A stretch of 64,000 bases of DNA from an uncultured Chloroflexia bacterium (GTDB taxonomy: Bacteria; Chloroflexota; Anaerolineae; CG2-30-64-16): positions 1,312,001-1,376,000 of the forward strand of contig CAWEMM010000006.1 of assembly GCA_963810095.1 (NCBI GenBank), read 5' to 3'. This document shows positions 10,475 through 21,240 of this stretch, one piece after another (the first letter of the stretch is position 1; each line of letters begins with the position of its first letter). The notes below the pieces were generated by a model. It made no database searches and was not told the DNA's origin. It saw nothing but the letters and a program-made list of their open reading frames with translations. A program made the translations under genes and the position numbers.

Positions 10475-11486
10475 TTACCCGCCATAATCCTCTCGTTCGC
10501 GGCGGATGCGGAGGATCTGGCTGCCTTCTGCAGTGGGGGCCCCGGATATCAACGCCACGATGTGGTTAACGCCGCTGCGGGCATTTTCGCCCAGGAATAT
10601 GCCCGGCACCTGGGTTCGCAGCTCGGGCTGGACGTTGAAGATCCGCCCGCCAAAGGCAAATAGCGGCCTCGGAGCCGGCATGGCCTGAACCGCCCGGGCC
10701 ATGTCCACCAGTCCCGGGAGCGTGTTAGCAGTCGTGGCAGCCATCACGATCATGGCTGGCCGCAAGCGCTCCATCTCTTCGACAAACTGTTCCACCGGGA
10801 CGTTTTGGCCCAAGTAGATCGTGTTAACATTACGGCGGCGCAGCATCAAATGGATCAGCAACAGCCCTAATTCGTGCCAATCCCCCGGTCCGCAGCCCAG
10901 CACGACGAGCGGTCCGCTGTGCGCCTGGGGCGCTGCGTTAATGATCGCGTCCAGCTTGCGCCGAAGATAGTTGCTGGCAAAGTGCTCCGCGGCGGTCGTC
11001 ATCCGGCCTTCGTGCCACAGGTCTCCCACCTGCATCATCGCCGGGGTCAGAACCTGCTCGGCCGTGCTCTCGAGCCCGTAAATTGCAAACGCTTCCTCCA
11101 GCGCTTGGTCCGCAGCCGCTTCATCGTACCGGATTAGCGCGTCGAGCAGGTGCTCCCGCGCCTCCCGGGGTCCGCCGGACTCGCTGCTGCGCCGCTCGCT
11201 CGGACCGCTGTCTGCGGGCCGCCGGTGGGCGAACAGGTTGATCGCCTGGCTGATGCTCATGCCCTCGTCGACACGAGCCCGCAACCACCGCAAGGTAGCG
11301 ATGTCGCTGGCCGAATACAGGCGATATCCACTGTCGGTGCGGCCCGGCGACGAGCGCGCCATAACGCCGCTCCCAAGCGCGGAGCGTGGCTGCAGAGATC
11401 CCGGTCGCCTCGACGACTGCCTTCATGTTGTAGATTGGTTCGTTATCCATCTCGTGATACGGCTCAAGTGCTGAAGATTGGCCCAT
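10475..11486 (-). CDS. MerR-family B12-binding regulator, CarH/LitR-like, copy 1 (frame break ~11350)
   Basis: [10 protein letters not shown]...GYRLYS HTH; W-x9-EH ([12 protein letters not shown]); DWHELG. Confidence 0.88.
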
Positions 11487-11529
11487 TTTTGCCACCACCC
11501 CCCAAGGACGACCGATTTTGCTAACTCGC

Positions 11530-11574
11530 TTTACAATGTATTTACACTATAGCAGACATTATAAAGTTTGTCAA
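11530..11574 (-). promoter_or_regulatory. Promoter of CarH-like copy 1 overlapped by candidate CarH direct repeats
   Basis: TTGACA(11574-11569)-17 nt-TATAGT(11551-11546); TTTACA repeats with ACA at 11533 and 11544 (11-bp period) and a third ACA at 11556. Confidence 0.6.
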
Positions 11575-11621
11575 TAGTTTGTTTAATCTATAGACAGAAG
11601 ACAACTGGGGGCCGAGCGAAC

Positions 11622-11660
11622 AACAAGGGGCCGTGATTCCGGTGGAATCACGGCCCCTTG
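11622..11660 (-). terminator. Hairpin/terminator between the two CarH-like genes
   Basis: CAAGGGGCCGTGATTCC / GGAATCACGGCCCCTTG perfect inverted repeat. Confidence 0.75.
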
Positions 11661-11690
11661 GCCCGCTCATGGGGCTTGCCCTGATGATTC

Positions 11691-12654
11691 TCAGTTGAGT
11701 CCGTTCACCAGGTCACGTGCAGTAAAGGCAATCTCGGCGCCTTCGAAGCGTTCGGCCAGCTCGGGGTGTGCGGTGAAGGCCCGGCCGCCGAATACCAGGT
11801 GCGGCTTGGGCTCGGGCAAGTCGCGGACGAGCCCGATAAACCTCTTCCAGCGCGTCCACGCTTTCGCGGGTCGCCGCCGACAGGCACAACATGTCCGGCT
11901 TCAGCTTGCGCACTTCGCGGCAGCAGGTGCTCGGCCGGCACATTTTGACCCAGGTAAATGACGCGCCAGCCGTGGCGCCGCAGGCTCAACGAAACGAGGA
12001 GGATGCCCACGTCATGCCATTCATGCGGACCCGATCCTGTGATGGCGAGCGGGCCCGTGAGCGGCTGTGGGTAGGCATGGAAGAGCGCAGTCAGCCGGCG
12101 CCGCAGGAATGCGGTGGCGAAGTGTTCCTGCACGATGCTGGCCTCGCCGCGGTGCCAGCGGTCGCCAATTTCGACCAGCGTCGGGGTGATGATCTCCTCC
12201 GCGACCACGTCGACGGGGTAGAGCGCAAAGGCTTCGCCCAGCACCGCTTCGGCATGCGGCTCCTGAAACAGGATCAGCGTTTCCACCAGCTCTTCGACGA
12301 TCGTCTCCGTGCCGCGCACGTTCTCGGACGGCCCGACCTGCTGCGCCGCACGCTCGAAGTCCAGCTCGGGCTCTTCTCCGGCACGGTGGCGGATCTCCAG
12401 CAGGGCCACGGCCCGGCTGATCGACACGCCCGCATCGACCTGGTTCTTGAGCCAGCGCAAGCGTGGCGATGTCGCGCTCGGAGTAGAGGCGGTAGCCGCC
12501 ATCGCTGCGCCCGGGCGAAAGCACGCCATACCGTCGCTCCCAGCGCGCGCAGCGTTGCGGGCGCGATTCCGGTTTCCTGCACGACTGTCTTGATCGTGTA
12601 GACCGGGGTATCGTCGTACCCGTTCAAGCGAGGTTCTTCAGCCATAGCGCTCAT
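11691..12654 (-). CDS. MerR-family B12-binding regulator, CarH/LitR-like, copy 2 (several frame breaks)
   Basis: YTIKTVVQETGIAPATLRA, GGYRLYSERDI, W-x9-EH (WHRGEASIVQEH), EWHDVG, YLGQNVP. Confidence 0.85.
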
Positions 12655-12689
12655 CCAATCACATAACCCGCGCCCTCTGCCCGAGAGGG

Positions 12690-13473
12690 CTAGGCGAGGG
12701 TGGCTGACTCCAACCCGGCAACGATCTGTTCTGCAGCGGCCACGAGCGTCGGCGCACCGTCAAACACGGCCAGCCCGTGCTGGTCCGCCGCCAGCGCCTC
12801 GGCCGTGAAAGGCAGCGCGCCCAGCAAGGGCACGCCTCCCGAGTGGCTCCGCACGAACTCCTCGTCCTGAACGCTGCGCACCTTGTTCGCGACCAGGAAG
12901 ATGCGCGGCACCCCAATCTCGGACGCGAGGTAGCGGATCTGCTCGGCCGTGCCCAGGCTGCGCAGACCCGGCTCGACCACGATCACGAACGCGTCGACCG
13001 AGCCGGCGGTGCCCCGCCCGAGGTGCTCGATGCCGGCCTCCATGTCCAGGATCAGCGTCTGGTCCTTCTGGAGGAGCAAGTGCGTCACGAGCGCCTTCAA
13101 CAGCGCATTCTCAGGGCACAGGCAGCCCGCACCGCCGGTGCGAACGGTGCCCAAACGCAGCAGCCGCACACCCCGGTGGGTGATGCTCAAGTTCTCCGGG
13201 ATATCGTCGACCTTCGGATTGAGCTTGAACCAGCCGCCCACGGTGCCCGGCTGCGCGCCGGTCCGCTCATAGATCAGGTCGTCCATTTCGGCGATCGGCT
13301 TGAGCCCGGCGTCCATTTCGGCAGACAGCCCGAAGGCGAGGCCCAGGTTCCCAGCCGGGTCGGCGTCGATGGCGATGACGTTCTGACCAGTTGCGCGTGT
13401 ACACGTATGAAAGCAGCGCAGTGAGCGTGGTCTTGCCCACGCCCCCCTTGCCCGTGACTGCAATCTTTGGCAT
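12690..13473 (-). CDS. cooC: CooC/AcsF-type nickel-insertion ATPase (frame break ~13395)
   Basis: KIAVTGKGGVGKTT, IDADP, GAGCLCPEN, DMEAGIEHLGRGT. Confidence 0.88.
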
Positions 13474-13744
13474 GTTAGTTTCCTATTCCATAGATAATAA
13501 AGGTGAGTTGCTGCAAAACCGCCGTATTGTACAACGCGCGTCCAATGTTGCCAATTTACAGGGCCGAAAAGCTCGCGCTTATATGAACAAAGATAGCACA
13601 GGCCCGCGACTTCAACAGGCAGCGATCATACATTCGCGCCGCCGCTGCCGGGCCAGCCGGGAAGCGCTAGGAGAACATATCTTATACAAACACTGGACAT
13701 CCTCTTACAGATGCGCTGCTCGCCTGCCTGCTTAATGTCTGTGG

Positions 13745-13865
13745 CGGCGCGAAGACGCGAAGCACGGTGAAGACGCGACGAACGAAGGCCACAGCCGAGG
13801 GGCGCGCCCTTCGCACAGTCCGCGCTTCGTGATCTTCGTCCACCTTCACGCCTTCGCGTTCCAAA
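13745..13865. repeat. Intergenic imperfect palindrome, family B (CACGAAGACACGAAG...CTTCGTG..CTTTGTGG); related copies at ~18532-18600, ~39698-39782, ~57217-57300
   Basis: Repeated CGAAG units followed by complementary CTTCG units; four related copies. Confidence 0.6.
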
Positions 13866-14033
13866 CGTCTCGAACCGCGTGCCGCGGCCGGCTTGCTCTG
13901 GGGGCGGTAGAACGAGTAGAATCACTGTGGCGCTCGTTCACGCTCGACCTCGCCGTAGGACTGCAGGCAGAGGCAGGGCGAGTGTGATGGGCCCGCCCCG
14001 GCTTCGCCTGCGCTTGACTCAAGGAAGGTTCAT

Positions 14034-16861
14034 TTGACTACGATCCTGCCCACCGCCCCGACCGCACCTGTCACGCCTGCCGAGGACGACTGGCACTTTC
14101 AGAGCGCGGCCGAGACTGCCGCCAGGCTGCAGACCGACCCGGCCGCGGGCTTGAGCGCCGCCGAGGCGGCCGCACGCCTTGCACGCTACGGGCCGAACGA
14201 GCTGATCGAGCGCGGCGGCAAGCGGCCCTGGCAGATCCTGCTGGCGCAGTTCACCAGCAAGCTCGTGCTCATCCTCATCGTCGCCGCCGTGGTCTCGGCC
14301 GTCGTCGGCGACTTCAAGGATGCCATCGCCATCCTCGCCATCGTCGATCCTGAACGCCGTGCTCGGCTTCGTCCAGGAGTACCGGGCCGAACAGGCCATG
14401 GCCGCGCTTCGAAAACTGGCCGTGCCGAACGTGCGCGTGCGCCGCGTCGGCCAGGTCATGGATATCTCCGCGCGCGACCTCGTGCCCGGCGACATCGTGC
14501 TGGTCGAGGCAGGCAACCTGCTCCCGGCCGATGGCCGCCTCGTCGAAGCGGCCAACTTGCGCATCCAGGAAGCGATGCTGACCGGCGAGTCAGAGCCCGT
14601 CGAGAAGATCACGGCAGCGCTGCCCGCTTCGTCGGCTGCGGCCGCGCTGGGCGACCGGCGCAACATGGCCTTCATGGGCACCACCGTCACGTACGGCCGC
14701 GGGGCCCTCGCGATGACCTCGACCGGCATGGGCACCGAGCTGGGCCACGTCGCCGAAATGCTGCAGGAAGTGGACGGCGGCCAGACGCCGCTGCAACGCC
14801 GCCTCGACCAGCTCGGCCGCGCGCTGGCGATTGCCGCGGGCGCGATGGTCGTCATCGTGTTCGGCATGGGCCTGCTCATCGGCGAGGACTGGCGGCTGAT
14901 GCTCATGACCGCGATCAGCATGGCCGTCGCCGTCGTGCCCGAGGGGCTGCCCGCGGTGGTCACGATCGCACTGGCGCTCGGCGCGCAGCGCATGCTCAAG
15001 CGCCAGGCGCTCATCCGCAAGCTGCCTGCGGTCGAGACGCTTGGCTCGGTGACCGTCATCTGCTCGGACAAGACCGGCACGCTGACCGAGAACCGGATGA
15101 CCGTCACCATCCTCGACCTGGCCGGCCACCGGCTCGACCTCACCGAGGAGATCCGCCATCGCGAGCCGGTCGTCGTGACCGCCGACCCGAGCGCCGACAT
15201 CGTGCGCACGCCAGCCTTCGCTCGCGCTGCTGCTGATGGGCGGCGCGCTGGCAACGACGCCGCGCTCCAGCCCGTCCGGCCAGCGAGGGCCAGTTCCACG
15301 CCGTCGGCGACCCGACCGAAGGCGCGATGGTCGTCGCCGCGGCCCGTTTCGGCCTGTGGAAAGACCGGCTGAAGCCGCCTACCCCCGCGTCGCCGAGCTG
15401 CCCTTCGACTCGGACCGCAAGCGCATGACGACGGTGCACCGGTGACCGATTGCGACGCATGGATCGGCGACTGTGCGACCTCGGCGACAGCAGCCACGTC
15501 GTGTTCGCCAAGGGCGCCGTCGACAGCCTGCTGGAGGTTGCGACCGGCGTGTGGGATGACGGGCGCAACGCGGCCGCTCGACGCGGCGTGGCGGGAACGC
15601 GTCGCCGCTGCCAACGAGGAACTGGCGAGCAAGGGCATGCGCGTGCTCGGCGTCGCTTTCCGACCCGGCGAACCCGGCGACCTGACGCGGCGAAGACGCT
15701 TCGCCCGACCTCGAGCGCAACCTGACCCTCGTCGGCCTGGTCGGCATGATCGATCCGCCGCGTGCCGAGGTCAAGGAGGCGGTGCGTCACGTGCCGGGCG
15801 GCCGGCATCCGGCCCGTGATGATCACGGGCGACCATCCGCTGACCGCCCGGCAGATCGCGCACGAGCTCGGCATCAGCGCGAACGGGCGGATCCTGACCG
15901 GGCAGGAACTGGCGCCGCATGTCCGTGCAGGACCTGGAAGGCGTGGTCGAGGACGTCTCGGTCTACGCCCGGGTGTCGCCCGAGCACAAGCTGAACATCG
16001 TGCAGGCGCTGCAGAACCGCGGCCACGTCGTCGCGATGACCGGCGACGGCGTCAACGACGCGCCGGCGCTCAAGCGGGCCGACATCGGCGTCGCGATGGG
16101 CATCACCGGCACGGACGTCTCGAAAGAAGCGTCCGAGATGGTGCTGCTGAACGACAACTTCACGACCATCGTCGCGGCGGTCGAAGAAGGCCGCGCCATC
16201 TACGACAACATCCGCAAGTTCATCCGCTTCTCGCTGGCGGGCAACCTGGGCAAGGTGTTCGTGGTGCTGGCCGGGCCGCTGCTGGGCATGCCGCTGCCGT
16301 TCGCGCCCTTCCAAATCCTGTGGATGAACCTCGTGACCGACGGCGTGCTCGGCCTGGGCATGAGCGTGGAGCCGGCCGAGCGCGGCGCCATGAAACGCCC
16401 GCCGCATCCGCCCGCCGAAGGCGTCTTCGCCCGGGGCCTGGGCCTGCAGATCACCTGGATGGGCCTCCTGATCGGCCTGGTCACGCTGGGCGTCGGCTTC
16501 TGGGCCTGGAGCACCGGGCAGGCCGCCTGGCAGACGATGATCCTCACCACCGTGATCTTCGCGCAGGTCGTGCAGGCCCACGTGGGCCGTTCGAGCCAGC
16601 GAATCGGTCTTCCGGATGAATCCGCTCTCGAACAGGCCGCTGCTGCTGGCCAGCCTGGCGATCGTCGCGCTGCAGCTCGTCGTCGTGATCTACGTCGAGC
16701 CACTGCACAGGCTCTTCGAGACCGTGCCGCTGACCGCGCAGCAGCTGGGCGTGACGGTCCTGGCGTCGCTGGTCATCCTCGTCGCCGGCGAGATCGAAAA
16801 GGCTCATTCGGCGGCGCGGCCGGTCGGGTTGAAGGAGGAAGAAGATGGAACAGACGCTTGA
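14034..16861 (+). CDS. Cation-translocating P-type ATPase, P2A Ca2+-type (at least 5 frame breaks; 3' end approximate)
   Basis: [65 protein letters not shown] spread over successive frames. Confidence 0.9.
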
Positions 16862-16918
16862 ACGTCAGCAAGCCCCGGACGAGCAGTGACCGTCGACATG
16901 CGCACCCGGCGCAACCCC

Positions 16919-17373
16919 ATGCACCAGGTGCTGGAAAGCGGGCGCTACCTCATCCTGATCGGCGTCCTCGTCAGCCTGGTCGCTTCGGCCGCCGCCTTCG
17001 TCTGGGGCGCGTACAAGACCGTGCTGCTCGTGGTGAAGATGGTCGCGGACCTCAAGGCCAAGGCCGTCGCGAACCGGCTTGATCGCGCTGATGGACAAGT
17101 TCCTGATCGCCGCCGGGCCTCTACATCTTTGCCGTCGGCATGTACGAGCTATTCATCGGCGACCTCGATGCTGCCGCCCTGGTTGGTGATGCACAACCTA
17201 CACCAGATCAAGAGGCCGCCTGAGCAGCATCGTGATCCTGCTGCTCGCGATGGTGTTTCTCGAGCATGTCATCGAGTGGCGGGACGCGCAGGCAGTGCTG
17301 CAGACGGGAATCGGCATTTGCCGTCATGATCGCAGCCCTGATCGGATTCAATCTGTTCGGCGAAAAGGATTGA
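16919..17373 (+). CDS. YqhA/UPF0114-like membrane protein (frame breaks; start uncertain)
   Basis: RYLILIGV..., MDKFLIA, GMYELFIG, PPWLVMHNL, VFLEHVI segments across frames. Confidence 0.65.
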
Positions 17374-17391
17374 TCCGGCCGGGCCGCCGCA

Positions 17392-18501
17392 TCAATCGTC
17401 GCGCACACCCTCTTCCACGTAACGCACCAGCTCGCTCACGCTCAGGTTTGTAATGCCCAGCTTGTCGAGCGTGCGGCCCGCGTCGCCAGTAGTCGGTGCG
17501 GTGCACGATGCAAGCCAGCCCGATGATCGCATCCATCCCGCGCACAGAGACCCCGTAACGCTGTCCCAACGCCGCAATCGGCACCAGGCTCATCGGGACG
17601 TCCTCGAAGATATAGCGATGGTTGAGCGTGGGTGGCGCCTGGATGCCGTAGTACCCCGGCTGGTTGTGGATCGCTTCGTTCAGGTTTTCCCCCGTCGCGT
17701 CGTACGCCATCTGCAGCCACTCCAGCGCAGTCTGGGCCCGGATGCCCAGCGCGGCCGCCACCGTGACGCGCTCGCGGTCGAGCACATCCAACACGTGTGA
17801 AACCGAAGGCGTGACCCCGTCGATGTAGAACTGAAAGTTGCCGTGCGTCGCCTCGATCCAGCCCGCGTTCAGCAGGGTCAGGGCCGGGTGGAAAATCGCG
17901 CCCATGTTGTCGAGGCTGGTCTTCAGCACGTTGCCCCCGTCGATGAACTGCGGATATGCCGGGCACAGGAGGTCGATGACCTGCCCGTGCGTTTCGCCGG
18001 CAAGGCGGCCAGGGGCACCGCCTCCTTGATGCGGAAGATGCGTGCCTGCGCCGGCCCGTCCGAACGGCTGGCATAGATGAACGTGCCTGCCTCGGCGATC
18101 GTCACGTCGGCCCGGCACCCCTGGTCGCGGAGCACCTTGGCGAACTCGATCGCGCCGCACGTGCGGCCCGGGTTGAGAATCAGCGTCTGGCCGTCCCGCA
18201 GGTGGGGGGCACAGCCGGCGGCCACCTCCCGGTGCGCGGACGAAGGCGTCACCACCATGATCACCTCGGCGCGTGACAGGGCTTCGCCGTAGTTCGAGGT
18301 AATGCCGGCAAGCCGGCCGAAGCCGGATGGACCCCCGTCCCCACATTCGAGGTCCAGCCCTCCGCGCTTGATGATCGGCGCGACCCGTTCCGGCGTGCGG
18401 TTGAACAGCATGGTGGGGAATCCCATCAGTGAGAGATGCGCCGCCATGGCCTTGCCGCCATGCCCGGCGCCGATCACCGTGTAACGCGTTTGTGTCTGCA
18501 T
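17392..18501 (-). CDS. NAD/NADP octopine/nopaline (opine) dehydrogenase family protein (frame breaks ~17990, ~17480)
   Basis: VIGAGHGGKAMAA Rossmann motif, LNPGRTCGA, LDNMGAIFHP, FYIDG, DRER, HRYIFEDVPMSL. Confidence 0.9.
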
Positions 18502-18613
18502 CTATCTGTCCTCCTACCCGGAGACATCGCCGACCACAGAGACGCCAGGACACGGGGTGGGTGGAGGCGTCTCAATCCGGGCGTCATTGTGTCTTTGTGT
18601 TGGAATCCATCGG

Positions 18614-20251
18614 TTAAGCAAGCGCTGACGCCGCCAGCCGTTCGCGTTCGCCAATCGACCGGCCGCTGGCCGGATCGACCGCAACGCACACGCCTCGGCC
18701 GTCGATACGCGTCGCCGTGGCGCCGCGGGCGAACGGGTTGTTTTTGAGCTGCGGCGCATCGAGGATGCCCGCCGTGACCGCCCCACTGAGCGTCGCCGGG
18801 TCGGTCAGTGGGTCTGTCACGTCCGGACCTGCCAGCCCACGGATCGCTTGGAGCAGCACCTCCGCTTCGGCGATCAGCTCGGCCTTGCGCTCCTGCACCC
18901 GCGGGTCTCGGGTCATGTCGGGCGCACCGCGCACGGCATTCTCAATAGCCCTGCGGGCAACCCGGCAAGCAGCAATGACGTCCTCGGCGGTAGCCGCATG
19001 GTGCGCCTCGGTGTGGCCCACCACGTGCACGACGTGGGGCTTGAGGGCCATTTGCAGGTAAGTGGCTGCGGCCAGGTGGCCGCGGGCCGCCTCGGGGTCC
19101 AGCGGGTGGCTCAGCAGGCCAAGCCGCACCTGTCGCCACACCCGAAACTCCGGGCCTAACGCCTCCACCATCTCGAGACAGGCCAACATCTTCGCCAGGT
19201 CCATCGCATCCGAAAGGCCGGGCGGGCTGTTGAACATGAGCTGTGCGATGTAATCGCGCACGCCGGCGGCCCGTGCGTTATAGGCCGACAGATACGCGCT
19301 CGCCACGAAAGTGACGTCGGAGGCATCGCGCATGCCCCAGTGGTGCGGCTCGTTGAGTTCCACCGGCAGCCCGCGCTCGCCGTACCAGCGCATGACGGCC
19401 TGGTGCTCGCGGATGGAACCCTCCAGGTCCCACGGCCCGCGGCCGTCCATCCGGTTGAACCAGAAGAGCGGAATGGCGCACCACACGTTGTTAATCGTGT
19501 CGAGATACATTTCGGCCAGGGGGATGAAATCGTCCGTGCCCGAGTACGTGCGCATGAGCGGATAATTGCCGCACCGGCTGGCCTCGAAGAGCGCCCGGTA
19601 GTCCTCGGGCGAACGCACCGGCACCCCGCCGGCGCCCCGCCGCCGCGGGTCCTGGCGCTCGGGGTGAAAGAAGTTCTCCTGCGCATCCTGGTCGACGCCG
19701 AGGGAGATCACGTCGAGCACGCGGGCCGCGGCGATCTGCGACACGCCGTCCAGCGTCGCCTCGAGCGTGGGGAGCCCGAAATGGTGTCGCAGCAGCGGAT
19801 ATGGCGCCTTGAACGCAATGCGTTCGACCAGGGTTTGGGGCGGCACGACCGGCGCCCCGTCGACCCGGCTGCCGCGCAGGTACGCCAGCACGTCCTCGGG
19901 GCTCTCCCAGCCGTCGAACACCGCGTCGAAGAAGGGCGCAAAGCGCCGGGCGGCTGCGCCCACGGGGGGGGTCCCCCCGAAGGCGAAGCGAACGCCGGCC
20001 AACCGCAGGTCGTCGGCCGCTTCCGCAAACTCGGCCAGCAAGCGCTCGCCGGTTTCCGCCGTCAGACGATAGGAAACCCCCACAAGCTCGGCGTCGTGTT
20101 GGCGCGCGGCCGCGAGGACGGCTTCGATGGGTGTGGCCGGGCCGAGGAAGAGAGTTTGCCACCCGGCCTGTTCGGCCAGCCGGAGAAAGTTCGACACGCC
20201 GGCGACGTGGACGCACTCGCCCAGCGCAGCGGCAACGACGAGGTGTTGCAT
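18614..20251 (-). CDS. Cobalamin-binding domain fused to a mutase-like catalytic domain, function unknown
   Basis: N-terminal B12 Rossmann domain (LGECVHVAG...FLGP...VGVSY) followed by ~400 aa domain (RHHFG, DVISLG, RTYSGT, ELNEPHHWGMRD, PHVVHVVG). Confidence 0.8.
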   Translation of the reverse strand: MQHLVVAAALGECVHVAGVSNFLRLAEQAGWQTLFLGPATPIEAVLAAARQHDAELVGVSYRLTAETGERLLAEFAEAADDLRLAGVRFAFGGTPPVGAAARRFAPFFDAVFDGWESPEDVLAYLRGSRVDGAPVVPPQTLVERIAFKAPYPLLRHHFGLPTLEATLDGVSQIAAARVLDVISLGVDQDAQENFFHPERQDPRRRGAGGVPVRSPEDYRALFEASRCGNYPLMRTYSGTDDFIPLAEMYLDTINNVWCAIPLFWFNRMDGRGPWDLEGSIREHQAVMRWYGERGLPVELNEPHHWGMRDASDVTFVASAYLSAYNARAAGVRDYIAQLMFNSPPGLSDAMDLAKMLACLEMVEALGPEFRVWRQVRLGLLSHPLDPEAARGHLAAATYLQMALKPHVVHVVGHTEAHHAATAEDVIAACRVARRAIENAVRGAPDMTRDPRVQERKAELIAEAEVLLQAIRGLAGPDVTDPLTDPATLSGAVTAGILDAPQLKNNPFARGATATRIDGRGVCVAVDPASGRSIGERERLAASALA

Positions 20252-20387
20252 TGGAAACCCCCCTGGCGGACGGGAAAAGAAACCCGGCTGCCGGCCTTGG
20301 GGGCTGCGGACGGACAACCGGGACGACTTGCTATATTCGAGCAGCGCGGCTGCCTAAGGGCAAGCCCACTCATTCTGTAGGGTCGCA

Positions 20388-20494
20388 TCCTTCGACTGCG
20401 GCACGCCAGCTGCGCTGGTGCCTCCGCTCAGGATGCCTGCGCTTTAGCATCCTGAGCGGAGGGCGGTCCGCAGGACCGACCGCAGTCGAAGGAT
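20388..20494. repeat. Nested inverted repeat (REP/MITE-like)
   Basis: TCCTTCGACTGCGG...CCGCAGTCGAAGGA outer arms; CCTCCGCTCAGGATGC...GCATCCTGAGCGGAGG inner arms. Confidence 0.8.
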
Positions 20495-20544
20495 AACAAT
20501 CCTGACAATCAGTTCGATCCGTTCAATCAGTGTCCCATTTCAGG

Positions 20545-21240
20545 TCAGATGCGCTCGAATCGTGCGGCTTCGAGCACGAACACGGTCGCGCCATACATCG
20601 GCATGCCCGACTCGACCGGGTTCGCCTGCGCCCGCTGCCGCACGTTGGCGTCGATGATGCGGAGAACGTCGTCCACCTGCGGCTGCTCCACGCCGACCAA
20701 CAGGGTGACGTTGCCGCGGCGGAAGAAGCCGCCCGCCGTGTTCATGCGGGTCACGCGGTAGCCTGCCGCGATCAATCCTCGTGTGACGGGCTCGGCATCG
20801 TCGGCCGCGACGATGCTGACAACCATGTGCATTGGAACTCCTCCTGCGAGCGGCGCTGTGAAGGCCGGGGAATCCGCCCGATTGGCGTAGGGTTCGCCGC
20901 GCCCGAGTCGCTCGAATTGCGAAACAGGGATCATGAAGACCGTCGCGCCGCCAACGATGACTTCGAGAGGATAGGCCGGCGTCGACATCGAGAGGTGCGC
21001 AGGCTCTGCCGTCGAAGGAACGGGGTTGATGTAGCGTTTGCGCGTGTGGCACGTCTTGCGCACCACCTCCAGCACCCGCTCGACCTCGTCCTCCTGGACG
21101 CCGACCAGGCAGGTCACATTTCCGCGCGAAAGAAAGCCGCCCACCGTGTTAAGCCTGGTGACACGTACGCCGGCATTGTTGAGACGCCTCGTTAGGATAT
21201 CCGCGTCCTCGTTTTGGATGATGAGGAACATCAAATACAT
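20545..21240 (-). CDS. Tandem two-domain DarA/DUF970 c-di-AMP receptor-like protein
   Basis: Two full repeats: NTVGGFLSRGNVT...GGATVF and NTAGGFFRRGNVT...YGATVF. Confidence 0.85.
   Translation of the reverse strand: MYLMFLIIQNEDADILTRRLNNAGVRVTRLNTVGGFLSRGNVTCLVGVQEDEVERVLEVVRKTCHTRKRYINPVPSTAEPAHLSMSTPAYPLEVIVGGATVFMIPVSQFERLGRGEPYANRADSPAFTAPLAGGVPMHMVVSIVAADDAEPVTRGLIAAGYRVTRMNTAGGFFRRGNVTLLVGVEQPQVDDVLRIIDANVRQRAQANPVESGMPMYGATVFVLEAARFERI

Noticed and set aside
13745-13865. Short intergenic repeats as a CRISPR array
   Set aside because: They are degenerate palindromic units without identical repeats separated by unique spacers.
18614-20251. Methionine synthase or B12 radical-SAM annotation
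   Set aside because: No homocysteine/pterin-binding or reactivation domains and no CxxxCxxC motif are visible.
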